A stretch of DNA of 64,000 bases from Azolla caroliniana (taxonomy: Eukaryota; Plantae; Polypodiophyta), in NCBI GenBank assembly GCA_043228905.1, contig JBHGNT010000010.1, positions 15,128,001-15,192,000 of the forward strand, written 5' to 3'. The notes beneath the pieces are model-generated. The model did not search any database and was not told the origin of the DNA. It was given only the letters and a program-made list of their open reading frames with translations. The position numbers were made by a program, and so were the translations under genes. Positions within the stretch are counted from its first letter, which is position 1. The number at the start of each line of letters is the position of its first letter. Below are positions 59,865-64,000 of the stretch, in pieces.

Positions 59865-62018
59865 CTAAAAAACCTCTCGGTTCTCGCCACCGAGGGACTC
59901 GCGGTTTCGCTCGTGGTTCGATCGCACCGTCAGGAACTGGACCGAATGACGCCCGTCCTGACTCTTGACCCTCACGTAAGCCGACCCGTTGTCCAACACC
60001 TTGGTCTCCATTCGCGCTACCGTTATGTACGGTTCTCCCAGTATGACCGGGTGCGAGGACGTCTCCTGCACAAAGAAGTGCTAGTCTATCTCGATGTCGC
60101 CGATCTTGACTCGCATGTTTGGGCAGGCCCCGTGTAGTTCCTCGGTGGCGCGCGTCGCCGCCCGTATCTTCCACCCATGCTTAGTGTTGATCGGCCATTT
60201 CCCCTTCTTGTAGAAGTCCATGGACATCAAGTTTATTTCCGAACTGTGGTCCACCAGCGCCACCACCAGTTCCTGAACATCTCTGATCTTCACCAGGGTT
60301 TCCGTGGTCGCTTGGGCCCAGTGTGGCCTCGAATAGTGGCTCTCCGCCCACTCGTCTTCCAGCGCCATGTCCTCTATGTGCGCCGTCCGCACCTCCACCG
60401 GCCTTTCCGGTTCTGCCTCCGTCGACAGCCTCTTCCTCTTCACCAAGTCCACGATGGAGTCGTGGAACTCCTTCTTGGCGATTCCGAGCACCTCCCGCAA
60501 CGACAGTTCCACTTTGTTGTCGAGGATTCGTTCTTCCAGGACCTTTCGTAGGTCCGTGTTCCTTTCGATCTCTGTGCCCAAACGGTACCCGCCCTTCTTG
60601 TGGTTATCCCGAGCACTGGACTCACCGGCCTCGTTCCGTTTCGGCCCGAATCGGGTTTCGTATCTTTGTGAGGGTCCGGCCCCTCCGGTTTTACCTACCC
60701 GTTTGTCTTCAACCAGAGCCTCGTAGTTCTGGCAAGCTGCTTCCACGAAACCCGTCTTTTCTTCGACCGGGTCACTCCACCCGGTTACCTCCTGGACCCG
60801 CTTCTCCGCGCGGTCCGCTTCGTCTTTCTTTAGTCGAGCACCGGCGAGGCCTTCCAGCACCGTCGGCCAGAACCCGGCTTTGCTCTCCTTCCGGGCCTCG
60901 CTGCCTCCGACCCGAATATCGGCTGATGTTGAGTAGTGGACGGTCTCCGCGTGTCGGGCTGCCGCCTCTTCCATCAGCCTTTTCATTCCTCCTCGCCCGT
61001 CGTTTCAGTTCAGGGCCCTCCGGGTATCGCTGGCATGCACTCGACCTTCCCACAGGTACAGTACCCGGCTCCTCAAAGCCTCCATAAAGTCCCCGCAGTC
61101 TTTCCGGATGTGGCCGACCTCGTCACACCACATGCACCTACTTCCTGCCGGAGGCCATCAGTCACGAGCCTGATCGCCACCTTCCCTCCGAGCCTGGGCG
61201 ATCTGGAGATCCTTAACCGCTCTTGTCAACTCCTCTAGAGCTGTTCCCCCGGACGAGCCTCTGATCACGCCGGTCGAAGCCGAACCGGTCTCAAGCCACT
61301 CCCAGGTCTCTTCCCTTCGCGCCTGCGGTATCGGTTCGAGCTTCCTTGCTACGACAGGTCCCGCCCCGGTCGCCTCTGTATCAGCCCACTCCTACCGCTT
61401 GTCAAAACGACCGCAGACACTTTTTACCGCGGCCCAGTCGGCCGTCAGCCCGTCTTCGGTTTCCAGTAAGGAGCCCACTTGCCCCCGATCCCGCGCGTCA
61501 ACCGATTTGACAAACATTAGGACACGACTTGTGTCCAGAACGGTCTGATCGAGCGTCGAAAGGCGCGCAAAGCGTTCCTCAAACTCCCGGAGGAGTACCC
61601 ACGCATTTCTTCCTTTGTTAGGGGACTCCATCCACTCCATGAAGCCCCGCTTCGAAAGTCGAAGCGCGTCATCCCGCCCGTATTTCTCCAGGAGCCGTCC
61701 TTCGAACTCCTCCCAGGTCCGGCTCTCTGCCCGGACTTCGAGCACCTCCGCATGGATGCCCGGCATCGCCACTCGAGGGAATCTGGCAAGACGCCTCTCT
61801 TCCGGAATATCCCTCATCAACATCTCCGCCCGGTAGGACGCCAAATAACTCGTGGCATCCTTTCCACTGAACCAGCCGATCATACCGACGATCGCCTCAA
61901 TAGCCCTGTCAAGGGCGCCGGTGCCCTTGTGCGCGCTCACTATCCAGTCCACGGCCAAAGCCATGGCCTCTACAAGATCCGACCCCCTCATCTTCTGCTC
62001 CTCTGCCGCCTGATTCAC
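59865..62018 (-). pseudogene. gag: gag-PR of element F
   Basis: ORFs 61392-62018, 60081-60986 (ALVDHSSEINLM protease-like site) and 59865-60071 (ILGEP..., ends EVF-TAG). Confidence 0.85.
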
Positions 62019-64000
62019 GTCGGGTTCACCAAATATGTCACGTTGTTACGCGCGTGCATGGAGAAACAAGGCGGGACCACCGGGGTCTTGAACCGAAGAG
62101 CAGGTGATAGAAGGGGAAAGAGAAAGAGAGAGACGCCCGGTCACGTATGAGCAAAGAGACACAGGGGGGGCACGGCTCGTCAACACAGAAGACGCGAATG
62201 GACACAGAGACAAGAAGACACAAGTGTTTGTATATTAACGAATATCAAATACACAACAGAGCACGCGAGCGGTTACAACCGAACAGGCCGGCGAACAGAT
62301 GTTGATGCCTGTTCGTCTGCGCACGAAAGGAGAAAAGGGTGGAGGTGCTGCCAGAAGCACACGGGCGTTCCTCGAAGCAACGCGAGCCTCCCGAAACCCT
62401 GCAAAGAAGAGCGATGGAGAACGAACAGAGGAAAAGCGTTCGGTTCCGGTCCGACAGCACTTCGTCCTCCTTAATGCGCGATCCCTTTCTCCCTGCGTCT
62501 CCCTCTCCTTTATAGCTTCAAGAAGGGAGTCGTCTCCCTCATTTACTTCCTACCTACCAAATCTAACTACCCGGATATGCCTTTGTACTTAATTCCCTAT
62601 TATATACATTAAGGGCGCGCACACGTGAAGAGCCGGTTCATGCGCTCTATGCACCGATTGCGCCAAGGGACGGTTTTCTTCACGACACCGTTGAGAGATC
62701 ATGATTCCGGCCGGAGTCCGAATTACCTTGATGTCGAGGAAGTAGTGGAGCTCTTTCATGTCCGTCATCTCGAACTTGTCGGAAAGGAGGGATTTGACCT
62801 TATTGATTTCGACGAGATGCTCACCTCCAATGACTAGGTCATCCACATATAAGATGATGATGATCGTACTTGCGGAATCGCTTCGTATGTAGAGGGAGTT
62901 GTCCTATTTTGACATACGAAAGCCGATTTGATGAAGATATTGCGTTATCTTCGAATGCCAAGCACGTGGTGCTTGCTTGAGGTCGTAGAGTGGCTTCTTG
63001 AGTCGGCAAACAGCTTTCGGATGGGTGCTCGAGTTGAAACCGGGTGGTTGTATCATGTACACCTCCTCTTCTAATTCGCCTTGTAGAAAGGCGTTCTTGA
63101 CATCCATTTGATGGAGGTGCCACCCTTTTGCCACGGCAAGCGCAATTACGGTCCGCACCATTGTCATCTTTGCCATCGGGGCAAAGGTCTCTTCGTAGTC
63201 GACGCCATGCGTCTGAGCATATCCTTTCGCTACGAGTCGAGCTTTCTAGCGGTTTACGGAGCCATCGGCGTTATACTTCACCTTGTAGATCCATCTGCAT
63301 CCGATCGCCTTTTTGTGTGGTGAGGTGGGAACGAGATCCCACGTCTCGTTCTTCCGTAGTGCCTGCATCTCTTCGTTCATTGCTTCGATCCATCGCGGGT
63401 CCTTCGCAGCTTCCGAAAAGGTTTCCGGCTCCCGTACTGTCGCTACCTTCATCATAAAGGCGTAATGGTACGCCATATAATCGTTGTAGCCGAATCGGCT
63501 TACGGGGTTCTTTTCACGAGTGGATCGGCGGAGTTTTTCATTTGCAGAGATGAAGGCTTTCTTTGCTCCGATTGGTACCTCGAAACCGCCAAACTCACTG
63601 TCGAGTGAGTGAGTTGACTCATCGTCGGTGAAGCGATCGTCTTCGTATTCCGCCATTTTCGCCTTGCCTTTGTCCATCTTCGGGCTAGGCCGTGATGTGC
63701 TTTGATCGCTCAAAGGCTCTTGTGGTCCGCTCAGTCGGGTCGTGATCGGACTTTCTTCGAACATGCGCGTAAGGTGATCTTCATCCTCTATCTCTTGTTC
63801 GGTGGATTCTGGGTCGAGCGGGGTCGGAGTCGAAGTTGTCTCTGGTGCGTACCAGGATGCAAACTCGTCAAAGATGACGTCTCGACTTACCCGAGATTTT
63901 CGAGTTGAGGGGTTGTAGCACTTGTACCCCTTTTGCTCCAGTGAGTATCCTACGAGGATACATTTCTCCGACTTCGGGTCGAGCTTTTGACGCTTCTCGT

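Larger units (their letters stand above)
49763..59874 (-). pseudogene. pol: pol (RT-RH-IN) of element F, interrupted at 51326-57689
   Basis: Collinear with I's pol: FLDDIPIKG, VDTS, WMVDL and WFGPY; no chromodomain. Confidence 0.9.
49119..62687 (-). mobile_element. Element F: full-length degenerate tRNA-Trp family Ty3/Gypsy
   Basis: 652-bp LTRs 49119-49770 and 62036-62687; 20-nt Trp PBS 62012-62031; PPT 49771-49782; TSD TCGT/CCGT. Confidence 0.95.
47634..64000 (-). mobile_element. Element K: degenerate Ty1/Copia (3' part), interrupted by F; own sequence is 47634-49118 and 62688-64000
   Basis: 3' LTR 47634-48018, PPT 48019-48034, RH/RT 48290-49118, RT and IN tail 62692-64000; the ISQR|HYILNLL frame rejoins across F. 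Confidence 0.88.

Overview
Eukaryotic, plant-type repeat DNA with no recognisable host gene; the mix of lineages suggests a non-seed land plant such as a fern (inference). The window is a stack of nested retrotransposons that can be resolved from TG...CA LTR ends, primer-binding sites (PBS), polypurine tracts (PPT) and target-site duplications (TSD). The oldest layer is a DNA-transposon-like segment L (42741-47633) with an HGKG..DG transposase fragment. Copia E (5' LTR 42167-42740) inserted into L and holds two nests: (i) Gypsy D > Gypsy C > non-autonomous B > non-autonomous A > Copia solo LTR, and (ii) Copia G > Copia H > (chromovirus J; Gypsy I > solo LTR). Copia K (47634 to the window end) holds Gypsy F > solo LTR > an intact, very young Copia M (51970-57255). 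The most interesting signals concern one tRNA-Trp-primed Ty3/Gypsy family (A, B, D, F, I and three solo LTRs). All 8 of its insertions have a CpG at the centre of a 4-bp target. Two divergent members share a predicted -1 frameshift heptamer plus pseudoknot between protease and RT. A covarying hairpin precedes its PPT, and some of its LTRs carry antisense tRNA-like Pol III cassettes. Chromovirus J shows Tf1-type self-priming and a heat-shock-element array. All calls were made by eye; lineage names need HMM or phylogenetic confirmation.
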